Below are positions 45,129-54,794 of a stretch of DNA of 64,000 nt, piece by piece. Under the pieces are notes generated by a model. The model did not search any database and was not told the DNA's origin. It saw only the letters and a program-made list of their open reading frames with translations. A program made the position numbers and the translations under genes. Source of the DNA: an uncultured virus (IMG/VR IMGVR_UViG_3300027374_000004) (Duplodnaviria > Heunggongvirae > Uroviricota > Caudoviricetes); IMG/VR virus record IMGVR_UViG_3300027374_000004; one strand, given 5' to 3'. Positions within the stretch are counted from its first letter, which is position 1, and every line of letters begins with the position of its first letter.

Positions 45129-45520
45129 TTCTTCACCTCCAAAATCTCGGGGTTGTCGTGGACGTTGCCGATAACCTCAAAAGTCGTATCACCCACAAAT
45201 GAATCAAAAATCGCACGACTTCCGCCCCACGTTACCATAAAGCACCCATTGTCAAAGTCCACACTGGATAACCCCAAAATCGGGTCTTGGCTTGGCAGCG
45301 GAAGGGATATTCTCACGATATCTCCCTCAAAAATCTTTGTGCCGTTCTTGTCGGTTAAGCCGGTGTACTGACCCACGGTGACAGGGTCAACACGTACCAT
45401 ACTCCAAAAATCTCCAATGCTGGGGTCATCGGTTTGCCGGTGGGCGAGTGGAAAAATAAGTGATCCCTCCTCCCATAAGTCATTATCCAGTCGCTTGCCA
45501 CGAAACAAAATTTCTCTCAT
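45125..45520 (-). CDS. YopX family protein
   Basis: MREILFRGK, GQYTGL.DKNG.KIFEGDI and EVIGN.HDNPE motifs. Confidence 0.92.
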   Translation of the reverse strand: MREILFRGKRLDNDLWEEGSLIFPLAHRQTDDPSIGDFWSMVRVDPVTVGQYTGLTDKNGTKIFEGDIVRISLPLPSQDPILGLSSVDFDNGCFMVTWGGSRAIFDSFVGDTTFEVIGNVHDNPEILEVKK

Positions 45521-45756
45521 TTCTCTATCTCCTTCCGTTCATTCAGCCTTGCAATGAAACGTCGGACATTCTTTGAAGCCTGTTTCAGGGAAACGCTGAA
45601 TTTTCCAATTTCGTCCGCAAAATCAACTCCCAAAAGGTCAAAACTGTTAAAGCTCGCATATGACCTCTTGCATGAGTACGTTCGGGCGATCTCATTGGCT
45701 CGATTCCTGCTGATTCCACGGGACATGAGATTTTTGACAAACTTTTTTCTGGTCAT
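45517..45756 (-). CDS. Hypothetical protein
   Basis: MTRKKFVK.LM.RG.SRN; ATGA overlaps. Confidence 0.7.
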   Translation of the reverse strand: MTRKKFVKNLMSRGISRNRANEIARTYSCKRSYASFNSFDLLGVDFADEIGKFSVSLKQASKNVRRFIARLNERKEIEK

Positions 45757-46631
45757 TTATCCATCTCCTTTCCAATCTCGCCGCCGTCCAGTGTGAGTTG
45801 TCCGTCAAGGTTTTTGTCGTCCATCCACCAGCGAAACACATCATCTGCGGTTTTCCAGCGGGTTTCAACCCCTCTCTCCTCCCGCACTTTAATCATTCTC
45901 TCAAACGATTTGAGATACATCTCTTTGTACTTGGGCCAAATCCGAAACTCTGTGTATCGTCTTTTGCTTGCAATCGGGCAGCCGACGCACCCGCAGCGGC
46001 TAAATCCCATATCGTACACGGGGTTGATCTCCACCTTACCGTCCCTCAAAAAGTCCCACACATCCCGGTCAGTAAAATCCACAATGGGGTGGATCTTGAT
46101 TTTGGCCTTTACCTGGCACGGGGCAATGATCCGCTGATCCCAGTTGTCAAAGTCAAAAACGACTTTGTCCGCCCGTGTTTTGCCGAAGAGCTCGGCAACG
46201 CCGGAATCAGCTCGCCCATTGCTCTCACCGCTGCGTATCCCCAACACCATACACCGGTGGTTGCCGCCGCCCTCCTTGAGCACCTGGCAGCAATACCTTA
46301 CCCTCCGAGTAGGCGGAATAAGTTTTTGAGGAATGAGCTGCCACATACTGGTGGGATGCCCTTTGTAGGTGGGATAATTGATGGTGCAGGGCACTCCGGC
46401 AAGCTCCAGCTCGTGGAATTTTTTGCGTACGTGCCTCACGGTCTCCGGGGCGTCTGCCGTGGTGTGATTGTGGGATACCTCAAACCTCACCCCGGATCGC
46501 TTCAGCAGCTCCAAGCAGACCTTGCTGTCTTTCCCGCCGCTGTAAGCCAGCAGCAGGGGCTTCTGGTAGTAAAACTCGCTTAGTTCAGCCGCCTGCTTCA
46601 GGCGCTGGATTGCTTTGTGTTCTTTGTCCAT
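45753..46631 (-). CDS. PAPS reductase family protein
   Basis: AYSGGKDS, CC..LKE, GIR..ES..R and R.GCVGCP motifs. Confidence 0.9.
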   Translation of the reverse strand: MDKEHKAIQRLKQAAELSEFYYQKPLLLAYSGGKDSKVCLELLKRSGVRFEVSHNHTTADAPETVRHVRKKFHELELAGVPCTINYPTYKGHPTSMWQLIPQKLIPPTRRVRYCCQVLKEGGGNHRCMVLGIRSGESNGRADSGVAELFGKTRADKVVFDFDNWDQRIIAPCQVKAKIKIHPIVDFTDRDVWDFLRDGKVEINPVYDMGFSRCGCVGCPIASKRRYTEFRIWPKYKEMYLKSFERMIKVREERGVETRWKTADDVFRWWMDDKNLDGQLTLDGGEIGKEMDK

Positions 46632-46676
46632 CTTCAATCTCCTTTATCGCCCGAAACACCGGGTAAAACTGCTGTG

Positions 46677-47297
46677 TCACCACACTTGTTCTCCCCATTG
46701 CTCCGCCATAGCTTTAGCAATACCAGGGAATGTTTTTGAGCGTGTTTTCGGGTCTCACTCTTTTCTGCCTTGGAATCGTCTGTAATTGCCGTGAGCGTCC
46801 TTGCAGCCCCCATTCACATACGGCTCATGATATTCCATAATTTCTGTAGGCATAAGAGGCGGTAGACCTTTGAGCCATAAACAAGTGCGTTTGCTGTACG
46901 GGTGCCCAAACCAATAAGGCTGTATTGCCTGATTGTATGGAGGCAAGCCTACTATCTTCATAGGAGTTGGGTTTTCTATGGCAATCTTAGGACAATCAGC
47001 ATGGTAGAATTTCAAGAAAAACTCTTTCGCCTCCATTGCTTTTTCAAACCGCTCTGGTACAATCTCACCATTGACCCTCATTCTTACGGCTCCGGCATTA
47101 GTCATGTATGTACAGGGGGGGAATGCAATAATCATGTCCCATTTAATTTTCAGCATTTCCAATGCGTCCACCTGCAAATGCCATTCTGGGTACCCTCCAG
47201 AACAAGGCTCAATATCGCAGCTGTAGGCTTCGTGACCCAAGGATCTAAATGCCTTGCATACTTCCTGTGATTCTTCACAGGCAACCAATACTTTCAT
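46677..47297 (-). pseudogene. DNA cytosine methyltransferase-like gene with in-frame TGA
   Basis: VLVACEES, PPCT and IENP motifs; TGA at 46755-46757 precedes in-frame DPKTRSKTFPGIAKAMAEQWG. Confidence 0.75.
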
Positions 47298-47306
47298 TTC
47301 TTCCTC

Positions 47307-48140
47307 CTATGCGTAATTAGCATCGTCTGAAAACAAGCTGGTCTGCCCAATTGGCTCAAAATTTTGCCAGATGACTTCTTGTGCCAGTGCGGCAGAAGTG
47401 GTCCAAGAATAAACGCTGTCCTTGTACCACCCCTGCAGGGCGGTATTGTACAGATCGCTGTCATAACCGCTGATAACGATTTTTGCTCTGCTCTCTGTGA
47501 TCAGTTCCAGCAGCCGTTCTTGCTGCTCATCGTTCATTTCGTAGCGGTACATTTTGCCGCTCTTTCGGGTGGAACGGACATAAGGCGGGTCTAGGTACAT
47601 CAGCACATCAGGGCTGTTATAGCGCTCAATCAGCCGGAAAGCGTCCATGTGCTCGATCTGCACCAGATTGGTGGTGCTGCCTCTAAGGCGTTGTGCTGCA
47701 AGATCAATGGTATCTGTGATCCCGCCCCATTTGCAGGCAGTTCCACCGATTTTCATCTGCTTATGGTTCCTCCAACCGCATTTACCGTCCATCTTTGCGC
47801 CTATGGCCTGAGTAGTACGCACCATATAACGCCGAGCTTTTTCTAGTGGATCCTCGCAGGCCTTAAAGGATCTGTCATATTCCTCTCGGCTGTACGGGGT
47901 AAGAGCCAGCACCCGTTTTAACTTCTCTGGTTGCTCCCGCAGCACCTGGAACAGGTTGACAACATCGCTGTCCAGGTCATTTATGGTCTCTACCGCCCCT
48001 GAAGCCTTATTGAAAAAGACAGCGCCGGACCCGCAGAACGGCTCCAAGTAGACCATTTTTTCGTAACCCTCTGGGAAATGAGATATGATCCAGTTTGCAA
48101 TGCCCCATTTACTGCCGGGGTATCTGATTATGGCTTTCAT
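47307..48140 (-). CDS. dam: DNA adenine methylase (Dam family)
   Basis: YPGSK, EPFCGSGAV and YLDPPY motifs. Confidence 0.92.
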   Translation of the reverse strand: MKAIIRYPGSKWGIANWIISHFPEGYEKMVYLEPFCGSGAVFFNKASGAVETINDLDSDVVNLFQVLREQPEKLKRVLALTPYSREEYDRSFKACEDPLEKARRYMVRTTQAIGAKMDGKCGWRNHKQMKIGGTACKWGGITDTIDLAAQRLRGSTTNLVQIEHMDAFRLIERYNSPDVLMYLDPPYVRSTRKSGKMYRYEMNDEQQERLLELITESRAKIVISGYDSDLYNTALQGWYKDSVYSWTTSAALAQEVIWQNFEPIGQTSLFSDDANYA

Positions 48141-48228
48141 TTCGCTTCCTCCGTGTATGCACCCTCACCCTCCGTCGATCCTTGGGCACCTTCTCCGCCT
48201 GGCGCTATGGTTATTCCAAAAAAGAAAA

Positions 48229-48834
48229 TTATCCATAGCAGAAATAGATCGTGCTTCCCAGGGTGCGATCATGGTAAGAGTAATATATTTTCCCGGAAAC
48301 ACACCCGCTTTGTCCTACAACATCAGCAGGAATCGTACACCCATACTCCAAAACCCTTTTTGCGTTTCGGACGCATTTGGAGGTAGGTGTGCGCTTCAGG
48401 CTCCCGTTCCTCACACAGCCATATTGTCCAGGCTGATAAATTACTCCCCGGATCGTATCAGGATACCGACTGCTTTTCACCCGGTTTATTACCACGCTGG
48501 CAACAGCCTGCTGCACCCAATCCGGGAACCAATTACAGCCTGCCTCTGCATAGACCACACGAGCCAGCAGGTCGAGGTCTGCTGCCGTGTAATCCATTGC
48601 GATCAGGATCTCCTTACCGTCCTTCAGGCGGGAGAAATAATCGGTCTTCTGGTATCCAAGGCCCTGGGTTTCAATCTTGCGGTTTCTCAGGGCTTCGTAT
48701 TCCCTGCCCTGGGCCATCGCCTCTGCGGAGCCGTTCTGCGCACATTTCCGCATTTCGGCGTAGTAGTCGATATTTCGAACCTGCGGCGGGAATGTCAGAG
48801 CCACGGATACCAGCAAGCAGATGATGTATTTCAT
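48229..48834 (-). CDS. Cell wall hydrolase (SleB/Hydrolase_2)
   Basis: LLAR.VYAEAG, VA.VVINRV and I..VIYQPGQY motifs; signal peptide. Confidence 0.9.
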   Translation of the reverse strand: MKYIICLLVSVALTFPPQVRNIDYYAEMRKCAQNGSAEAMAQGREYEALRNRKIETQGLGYQKTDYFSRLKDGKEILIAMDYTAADLDLLARVVYAEAGCNWFPDWVQQAVASVVINRVKSSRYPDTIRGVIYQPGQYGCVRNGSLKRTPTSKCVRNAKRVLEYGCTIPADVVGQSGCVSGKIYYSYHDRTLGSTIYFCYG

Positions 48835-49067
48835 GCGAACCCCTCCCAGTAAATCCCATGATCCCGCAGAATCTGGGGAAATTCCTGGGCAAAGAATTTG
48901 ATCTGCTTTTTGGAGAGGTAGATCATGTCGCCAAACACCTTCCCACTGCTGATTGCCACGCCCTTTTTGCTGTCGTCAATGATGTACCGCAGACCACCGG
49001 GGCAGTCGCTGTCGATCACTCTGACGCTGTACTTTTCTTCCAGCGCTGTTGCTTTCCAATCGGTCAC
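48831..49067 (-). CDS. Hypothetical protein
   Basis: SD AGGAGG; ATGA overlap with the next gene. Confidence 0.6.
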   Translation of the reverse strand: MTDWKATALEEKYSVRVIDSDCPGGLRYIIDDSKKGVAISSGKVFGDMIYLSKKQIKFFAQEFPQILRDHGIYWEGFA

Positions 49068-49094
49068 GCTGATTCCTCCTTTCCAAATTCTCAG

Positions 49095-49442
49095 TCATTC
49101 TGATTTTGCTGTGGGCACTTCATTCAGTAGCCTTTCAGCCCTTTTTTTAAGATCGGGCAAAAGTTCCTCTTGCCTAGCTTTCAACCGATCGATCTCTTTC
49201 AGGTACCCACGAATTGTCTTTTCACGGAACTTCTTGAGATGGGATACCCGCACTTTCCGTTCCAGATCGGTACGGTGGGTAGTTAATGTCTGCATTGCCA
49301 GATCTGCCGCATAAAACACATATTTGTGTCCGCATGACGGACAAACGAAATAGTGGATTTCCAGATCTGATTTTCTCGTCACTTCAAAAGAAAGCGGCGT
49401 CACGTCAAATTCGGCCTGGCAAAAATTGCATTCCACTTTCAT
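49095..49442 (-). CDS. Zinc-finger hypothetical protein
   Basis: CNFC and YF.CPSCG..Y motifs. Confidence 0.72.
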   Translation of the reverse strand: MKVECNFCQAEFDVTPLSFEVTRKSDLEIHYFVCPSCGHKYVFYAADLAMQTLTTHRTDLERKVRVSHLKKFREKTIRGYLKEIDRLKARQEELLPDLKKRAERLLNEVPTAKSE

Positions 49443-49470
49443 AGCTTCTCCTTTCCACTCGCCGGTCTTC

Positions 49471-49902
49471 TCAATTCACGATGTTTCCCCGTGCGTCATA
49501 GACTAGCGACTGATCCTTGATTGCCAAAAGGATTCTGTACGCCTTTCGCAAGGTCAAAAGATCGAAATACCCGAAATGACATTCTTCCACCGGGATATTC
49601 AATTTTCTTGCCAGCCAAGCGTACATATCTGATCGCTTTTTTTGAGCTTTCGACTTCCCTTGCCATTTGCTGTCAAAGATTTCGTGGCACATCTTTTTCC
49701 CTTTTCGCATATTGGCATCAGCCAGTATTCCAAGGGCTTCTCTGGGTCTCGGTTTATGCGTTCCCACATAGGCGCCGCAGCTCCGGCACAAGTAGCAATA
49801 ACCGCTGCCATACGGTTTCCCGTATATCTCTGCATTGGATACATAGGCTACCTTTCCTCCGCAGAGATTGCACACCTTCGGGTGAAGATTCACAGTGCTC
49901 AT
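49471..49902 (-). CDS. DUF3268-like zinc-finger protein
   Basis: C..CG, IYG, C..C.AYVG.H, Y.WLA and CH.G.F motifs. Confidence 0.85.
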   Translation of the reverse strand: MSTVNLHPKVCNLCGGKVAYVSNAEIYGKPYGSGYCYLCRSCGAYVGTHKPRPREALGILADANMRKGKKMCHEIFDSKWQGKSKAQKKRSDMYAWLARKLNIPVEECHFGYFDLLTLRKAYRILLAIKDQSLVYDARGNIVN

Positions 49903-50591
49903 TTTCCTTTCTCCATCTCTTCCCGCAAGCTCTCCTTGATGTAATAATCAAGCCCCAGCTTCTGGCAAAGCGTTTCAGTCTTTTCGCCGAACGCCTTCCA
50001 GTCGATATCCGATGGGTGATAGTTCAGCTTACCAATTTTCACTCGGTTTGCAATCCGACTGACCAGGTGAAGCTCAATGAAAAAATTCCTTTCATCGGTG
50101 ACCGGTTCAAACGAAACCCAGGTGTTTATGCCTTGAATATGCGCTTCCGAAAGGCTGTCCAGCCTCGCCCTGTAAGTGTCTGCAGATACGCCGTCAAGAG
50201 TGATCCCGTACCAGTCGTTTTCGTCCAGCAGGTCAAAATCTCGACTGCCGTCGCCCTTAGTCAGAATCTGGACGTGATTTCCGTACTCCTTAAGGAGCTT
50301 GATAATCTCCCGGGTCGTGCTGGTATCATAGCCCGTGGGGTAAGGGTCGCACGTAAAACAGAGGTGCACCAGTTTTCCCCGGAGGGTAGTATCTTTGTCG
50401 AGCTGTGTGCGAACCTTGCCTATAATGTTCTTCTTCGGTTCCACATGACTGTGGAAATCTTCCTTGGTGCGATGCAACACATTGGGTGCAAAGCAGTAAT
50501 AGCAACGGTGCGGGCAGCCGGTATAGATATTTAATGCCCACTCTCCATATTCAGCTGCTTTCCCGCCTGGTTCATAAATTGGTCCTGCCAT
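49899..50591 (-). CDS. Radical SAM protein
   Basis: CPHRCYYC (CxxxCxxC), DPY, ILTK and WVSFEP motifs. Confidence 0.88.
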   Translation of the reverse strand: MAGPIYEPGGKAAEYGEWALNIYTGCPHRCYYCFAPNVLHRTKEDFHSHVEPKKNIIGKVRTQLDKDTTLRGKLVHLCFTCDPYPTGYDTSTTREIIKLLKEYGNHVQILTKGDGSRDFDLLDENDWYGITLDGVSADTYRARLDSLSEAHIQGINTWVSFEPVTDERNFFIELHLVSRIANRVKIGKLNYHPSDIDWKAFGEKTETLCQKLGLDYYIKESLREEMEKGK

Positions 50592-50793
50592 TTTGATCCT
50601 CTCCTTTTTCAACGTCATCAAGGGCACATATCACAACTGAATTGCCGTGGCGGATATCCAGCAGCTCGGCTTGGTACAAGAATTCTCCTTTATCCGATTT
50701 GCGGAGAATGCAGCCGGTCAGGCGATATATTCCGCCGGCGCCTTTCCGTGTGACAAAGCGCCCCATGTTTTGCTTGACTCTTGTCAATTCCAT
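50572..50793 (-). CDS. Hypothetical protein
   Basis: Y.LTGCI.R and YQAEL.D patterns. Confidence 0.65.
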   Translation of the reverse strand: MELTRVKQNMGRFVTRKGAGGIYRLTGCILRKSDKGEFLYQAELLDIRHGNSVVICALDDVEKGEDQNGRTNL

Positions 50794-50895
50794 GTTTTTG
50801 CACTCAGCCTTTCTATAATTCGGTATTCCTGCCGGGGCAGGTGCCGCCGGAGCATATCCAGCGGCCACCGTTCCATGCGCTTGATGGTAATCTAC

Positions 50896-52842
50896 TCATG
50901 CGCTCACCCCCAGCGCCGACTTATTTGTACGCCACCGCACACAGGATTTGGCAAATCCCTCCGTAAAGGATCTGACCTCTTTGGGAGCGGAGCAATTTCC
51001 AAAACCGTGTAGTTGCTGGATTCTCCCGGTTTCCACATCAATCTCAGCGGTGAAAAAAGGCTTGTCCGGTTTCTCATAACTGCGGATAAAGAAGATCATA
51101 CTTCTCCCGGCGATATGATTCTCGTAATACATCTTCATTCCTACGCAGTGGTTCAGGCACTGTCCTTCTGTGGTCAAATCACTGCGTTTTTGAGGATATA
51201 CCACGCAATAGTCTTTGTTGGCATACTCATGTGCCCACCAGTACAGGCCGTCATCTATAGCCCGTTTAAACCTCTGGTTCTCAAGCTCGTCCTTCTGCTC
51301 ATTGATCCTTGCAACCAGCAGGTCATGGCGCTCTTTTAGATCCCGGGGTTCCAAAATCGCCCGCTTGCTCATGTCGCTCTGAAGCGTATCCGCCATATTG
51401 AGATAATCTCTGTAGAGCGTGATGAAATAGGACAATTTGTTATGTCTGAGCTTAATTGATGCCAGGCTTCGCTGGGCTTGCACATATCTGAGAGTGTGCC
51501 CCAGCGTATTAAACCGCATAATATCTCTTACATACTGTAGATCGTAGCGATCCAGCCGCAAGGCACACAGATCTTTGAAATCCTCCGGCCGCACAGCCCC
51601 AGTTGCTTCAACAATGACCTTAATTTCATAAAAATCAGCTTGTGTCTCCCGCAGCACAGGCAGCCAGCTCCGGCCAATACCCAGCAGCTCCGACATATTT
51701 CTGGCGTCTTTTTTGGGGAGGAAATCTGACGCAAGCACAAAAAGCCCGGATTTCACAAGGTACTCCGTTTGGGGTATGTTCTTCAGGTTGTCGAGCAGCC
51801 TACGGAAGCAGATAGGGCGTCGAATACCCGAAAGGCTGGTCTGCAGATCCACGTTGTAATACTTATCGCCAAACACTTCACGCAGGTTTTCGGTGTACAC
51901 ATAGCTGTCACCATAGTTCTCTGTACCATTGCGCTGACGTCTCCAGTCATACCCATAATATGGCCCTACTGTCCAAGCATAGGCATATTCTGTAGCTTTG
52001 CCGTTGTTTACTAGGAACAGTGTCTTAAAATAGTCTGAAAAACGGTAGCTGGGCTTTTTGCGGCCTGGCTCTATGGTCCTCACCACGTCCGTGTAGCGCA
52101 GGAGCAGCTGACCGTCAACCTTACAGGCGATACAGATTTTAGCCTTATGAGTTATTTCTGACTTCTTGACCCACTCGGCTCGGTAGATTACAGGTAGCCC
52201 GCACTTGGGGCAAACGCCTTTTCCGCCCGGCTTAATCTCCCGGCCCACCCGAAATGATTTACCGCAGTGACGGCAGGTCGCTCGGCGTTTACCTTTTTCC
52301 AGCTTGGAGATATACATCACCGATTCCTGGAACACCTTGTTTTCACAGAATTTTGCCAGGTCTGCAGGGTAAGCCGGGAACATAGCAAAATGCCGTTTTT
52401 GCAGCTCCATTTTGTTGTGCCACGCCAGATCTCTCTGCTCTCGCTTTGTATCGCTGACAAATCGGGAAATTGCCTCTCCGACCTTGTGAATATCGTCACG
52501 CCAAAAGCCTGTGCTACCTAGCTTTTTTTCGACAGCATCAATGCTTTCCTGGGTTGCAGCCATGCACGGATAGTCGTTATCGTAGAAATATCCCGAAACC
52601 GGATTGCGTTCTGTCCATTCTACCGAAAAATCCCGAAACGGGCGCACCACCTGCGTGATATAGTTTTTGCCGTCTGAGAAAAATCGGTATAGTAACCCTT
52701 TGAGATCGTAGACGTCCACTGAGAGGACTTCTCCGCAACGTCCCGCCTGATGAATCGCTGCTCCGGCGGAGTATTGCAACTTTCCAGATGGCCCCGGCCC
52801 GGGGGTCAATGGCAGGTTTTCCAGAATACTTTTTATCAGCAT
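50896..52842 (-). CDS. PcfJ-domain protein
   Basis: Y.DYL.M, P.DL...HD, EG..L.HCV and I.FIR....PD.P..T.E motifs. Confidence 0.9.
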   Translation of the reverse strand: MLIKSILENLPLTPGPGPSGKLQYSAGAAIHQAGRCGEVLSVDVYDLKGLLYRFFSDGKNYITQVVRPFRDFSVEWTERNPVSGYFYDNDYPCMAATQESIDAVEKKLGSTGFWRDDIHKVGEAISRFVSDTKREQRDLAWHNKMELQKRHFAMFPAYPADLAKFCENKVFQESVMYISKLEKGKRRATCRHCGKSFRVGREIKPGGKGVCPKCGLPVIYRAEWVKKSEITHKAKICIACKVDGQLLLRYTDVVRTIEPGRKKPSYRFSDYFKTLFLVNNGKATEYAYAWTVGPYYGYDWRRQRNGTENYGDSYVYTENLREVFGDKYYNVDLQTSLSGIRRPICFRRLLDNLKNIPQTEYLVKSGLFVLASDFLPKKDARNMSELLGIGRSWLPVLRETQADFYEIKVIVEATGAVRPEDFKDLCALRLDRYDLQYVRDIMRFNTLGHTLRYVQAQRSLASIKLRHNKLSYFITLYRDYLNMADTLQSDMSKRAILEPRDLKERHDLLVARINEQKDELENQRFKRAIDDGLYWWAHEYANKDYCVVYPQKRSDLTTEGQCLNHCVGMKMYYENHIAGRSMIFFIRSYEKPDKPFFTAEIDVETGRIQQLHGFGNCSAPKEVRSFTEGFAKSCVRWRTNKSALGVSA

Positions 52843-52854
52843 ATTTACACCCCC

Positions 52855-53352
52855 TCAGAACAGCGAAAGCTGTATCACTTCCGGCTTCGGCTTTTCCTTG
52901 GGTACCGGAGCGGAATTCTGTGCCGGTTTCTCTGTTTTCTTGGGCGCCGGCTTCGGTGTGGCTGCCCTCTTAGGAACCGACTTTGGTTTCTCGGGTACCC
53001 GGTTCATTTCTTCCTCCGAGGGAGCTTCACCAGTGAGCTCAATTTCCATGAGGAATCTAATATCGGAATTCGGAAAATAATTTTTCACGGCTCCCCGATA
53101 CACATCGATGTCCGAAATGTGATTCCCACAGCCTTTCATGATCTCGGCGCAGCAGTCAGACAGCGTGCGCTTGGTTTTATAGACAACTTCGGCAAACTTT
53201 GCATTTCCCTCACAGAAATTTGTAAGTGTAGATGCAACAAATTCCGAAACTGCCTTTTCCTTTTGCCCCCCGGAGAAGTTTTTCAACTCCTCAGCGATTT
53301 TTTCTTTTGCCACGGATTGGTAGTCCCTAGCCGTTCCCAGTATTTCTGTCAT
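52855..53352 (-). CDS. PcfK-like protein (AcrIIA9-related family)
   Basis: Directly upstream of pcfJ; TL.DC...I, ISD..VY...V..YF and terminal QLSLF. Confidence 0.7.
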   Translation of the reverse strand: MTEILGTARDYQSVAKEKIAEELKNFSGGQKEKAVSEFVASTLTNFCEGNAKFAEVVYKTKRTLSDCCAEIMKGCGNHISDIDVYRGAVKNYFPNSDIRFLMEIELTGEAPSEEEMNRVPEKPKSVPKRAATPKPAPKKTEKPAQNSAPVPKEKPKPEVIQLSLF

Positions 53353-53376
53353 ACACGATTTCTCCTTTTCGATGAT

Positions 53377-54228
53377 TCAAAACAATGTAAGTTGTCCGCT
53401 GTCTGTTGTGCTCAAAGGCATTCTTTCAGGCTCGGGAGTCTCAGTAGGCTCAGTGATTTCTGGTATATCAGCCGCCGGTGCGTTACGTAAGATATAATCC
53501 ATCTGAGCCACCATTCTGCGGCCTTGCCATACCTCAGAGTAAAACATAGGGGTAAACCAAATATCCTGACCCTCTTGCAGGACAGGTAGCACCCCTGATC
53601 CTGCACACACGATGGGATTTGATAGACTGTTTCCCACTACTACATATCCGGCGCACCCTAACAAAGACAGTTGTATGTAACACATGAGCGCCGCTGTCAC
53701 ATCGATGTCCTGAGCAACATACAGTGCCTGCAGCGGCCCTATGTTTTTTGATGCCAGCACGTTTCTGGCAGCTATGAGCAGTACACCCGCTCCGCAGCAT
53801 GGATCTAGTATCCCCACATAGCCTTTCTGCTCGGCAGTTATATCCACAGTCTCCAAAGATGCGATCGCCATGAAGTGTCCTATGTGATACGGCGTGAAGA
53901 ACTGTCCGTTCCAATGACTCCCCAAGCCCAGACCCATAAAGAGCTCCCCTAGAAAATCTTGTTCCGGGTTTTCCTCCAGGGCTTTTACCATAATCGCTAA
54001 CAGTTCCGGGAATTTTTCAGCCTCCTGTTTTGCGTAGGATTGGGTAATGGATAAATATTGCTGCTCCCGTTTCTCCCGCAGCTCGCTTTTATCGAGGACA
54101 TTTGATAATGAGATAGCCGCAAGCATTACAAAATCTGACCACACCTGCCAGTTGCTCTTACTGCCGCACAAACCAGAAAACAGCTTTTTGAAATCAGCTT
54201 GATACTCGAATTTTCTCCGTTCGACCAT
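53377..54228 (-). CDS. N-6 DNA methylase family protein
   Basis: DFLGELFM, GQFFTP, DPCCGAG and GNSL motifs. Confidence 0.88.
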   Translation of the reverse strand: MVERRKFEYQADFKKLFSGLCGSKSNWQVWSDFVMLAAISLSNVLDKSELREKREQQYLSITQSYAKQEAEKFPELLAIMVKALEENPEQDFLGELFMGLGLGSHWNGQFFTPYHIGHFMAIASLETVDITAEQKGYVGILDPCCGAGVLLIAARNVLASKNIGPLQALYVAQDIDVTAALMCYIQLSLLGCAGYVVVGNSLSNPIVCAGSGVLPVLQEGQDIWFTPMFYSEVWQGRRMVAQMDYILRNAPAADIPEITEPTETPEPERMPLSTTDSGQLTLF

Positions 54229-54230
54229 CG

Positions 54231-54773
54231 TTACTCCAATTCCCCGGGGATTTCATAATCCTCCGGGTAATTTCCGTCGCCGGCAGGACCATCCATTGAA
54301 TCTTCAGGGAGGGCTTCCTCATCATCCATCAGATCTTCCAACGGCACACTGTTGTCCGGGAGATCCGAAGGAAGATTCGCAGCGCTCTCAATATCAGGCA
54401 TATTGTCGATATCCAGCAGATGTTTTTCCATGACATTACGGAAAAAGAACCGCCACCAGTACCGGCACATATTGACGAACAGGTTTTTCAGCTTGGCCAG
54501 CAGAGATTCACTGATGGTGAAATCCTCAGAGAATTTGTATGTAGGCTTGTCATCTCCCTCGTTGTAAAAGAACCGCAGGGAAGCGTTGACACTGGTATAC
54601 TCGTTCTCTTTTTCCTCTTCCAGCAGAGACATTTGTCCATCAAAATCGCCTGAAGGCTTGATGGTAAGGGAAATCGGGTAGCTGCTGCGGTGAAAAGTGT
54701 AGATCAGATTGTTTTCGTCGCAGATGTTCTGCAACTTCTTCTCGTAGATCTCAAATTGTGCCACTTCGTTCAT
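54231..54773 (-). CDS. Hypothetical protein
   Basis: Long ORF in operon orientation; acidic C-terminus. Confidence 0.7.
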   Translation of the reverse strand: MNEVAQFEIYEKKLQNICDENNLIYTFHRSSYPISLTIKPSGDFDGQMSLLEEEKENEYTSVNASLRFFYNEGDDKPTYKFSEDFTISESLLAKLKNLFVNMCRYWWRFFFRNVMEKHLLDIDNMPDIESAANLPSDLPDNSVPLEDLMDDEEALPEDSMDGPAGDGNYPEDYEIPGELE

Positions 54774-54794
54774 TTTGGTTGCTCCTTTCAATTT

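Noticed and set aside
42848..47297. Phage-wide TGA recoding
   Set aside because: The two in-frame TGAs fall at different expected residues (Cys and probably Arg), and many genes end in TGA with ATGA overlaps
3890..50534. Long plus-strand ORFs such as 3890..4909, 6640..7443, 30462..31883 and 49521..50534
   Set aside because: Antisense shadows of well-supported minus-strand genes, with no recognisable motifs
50785..50899. Possible frameshifted microgene (..ITIKRMERWPLDMLRRHLPRQEYRIIERL..)
   Set aside because: Plausible from start/stop overlaps but too short to support without homologs
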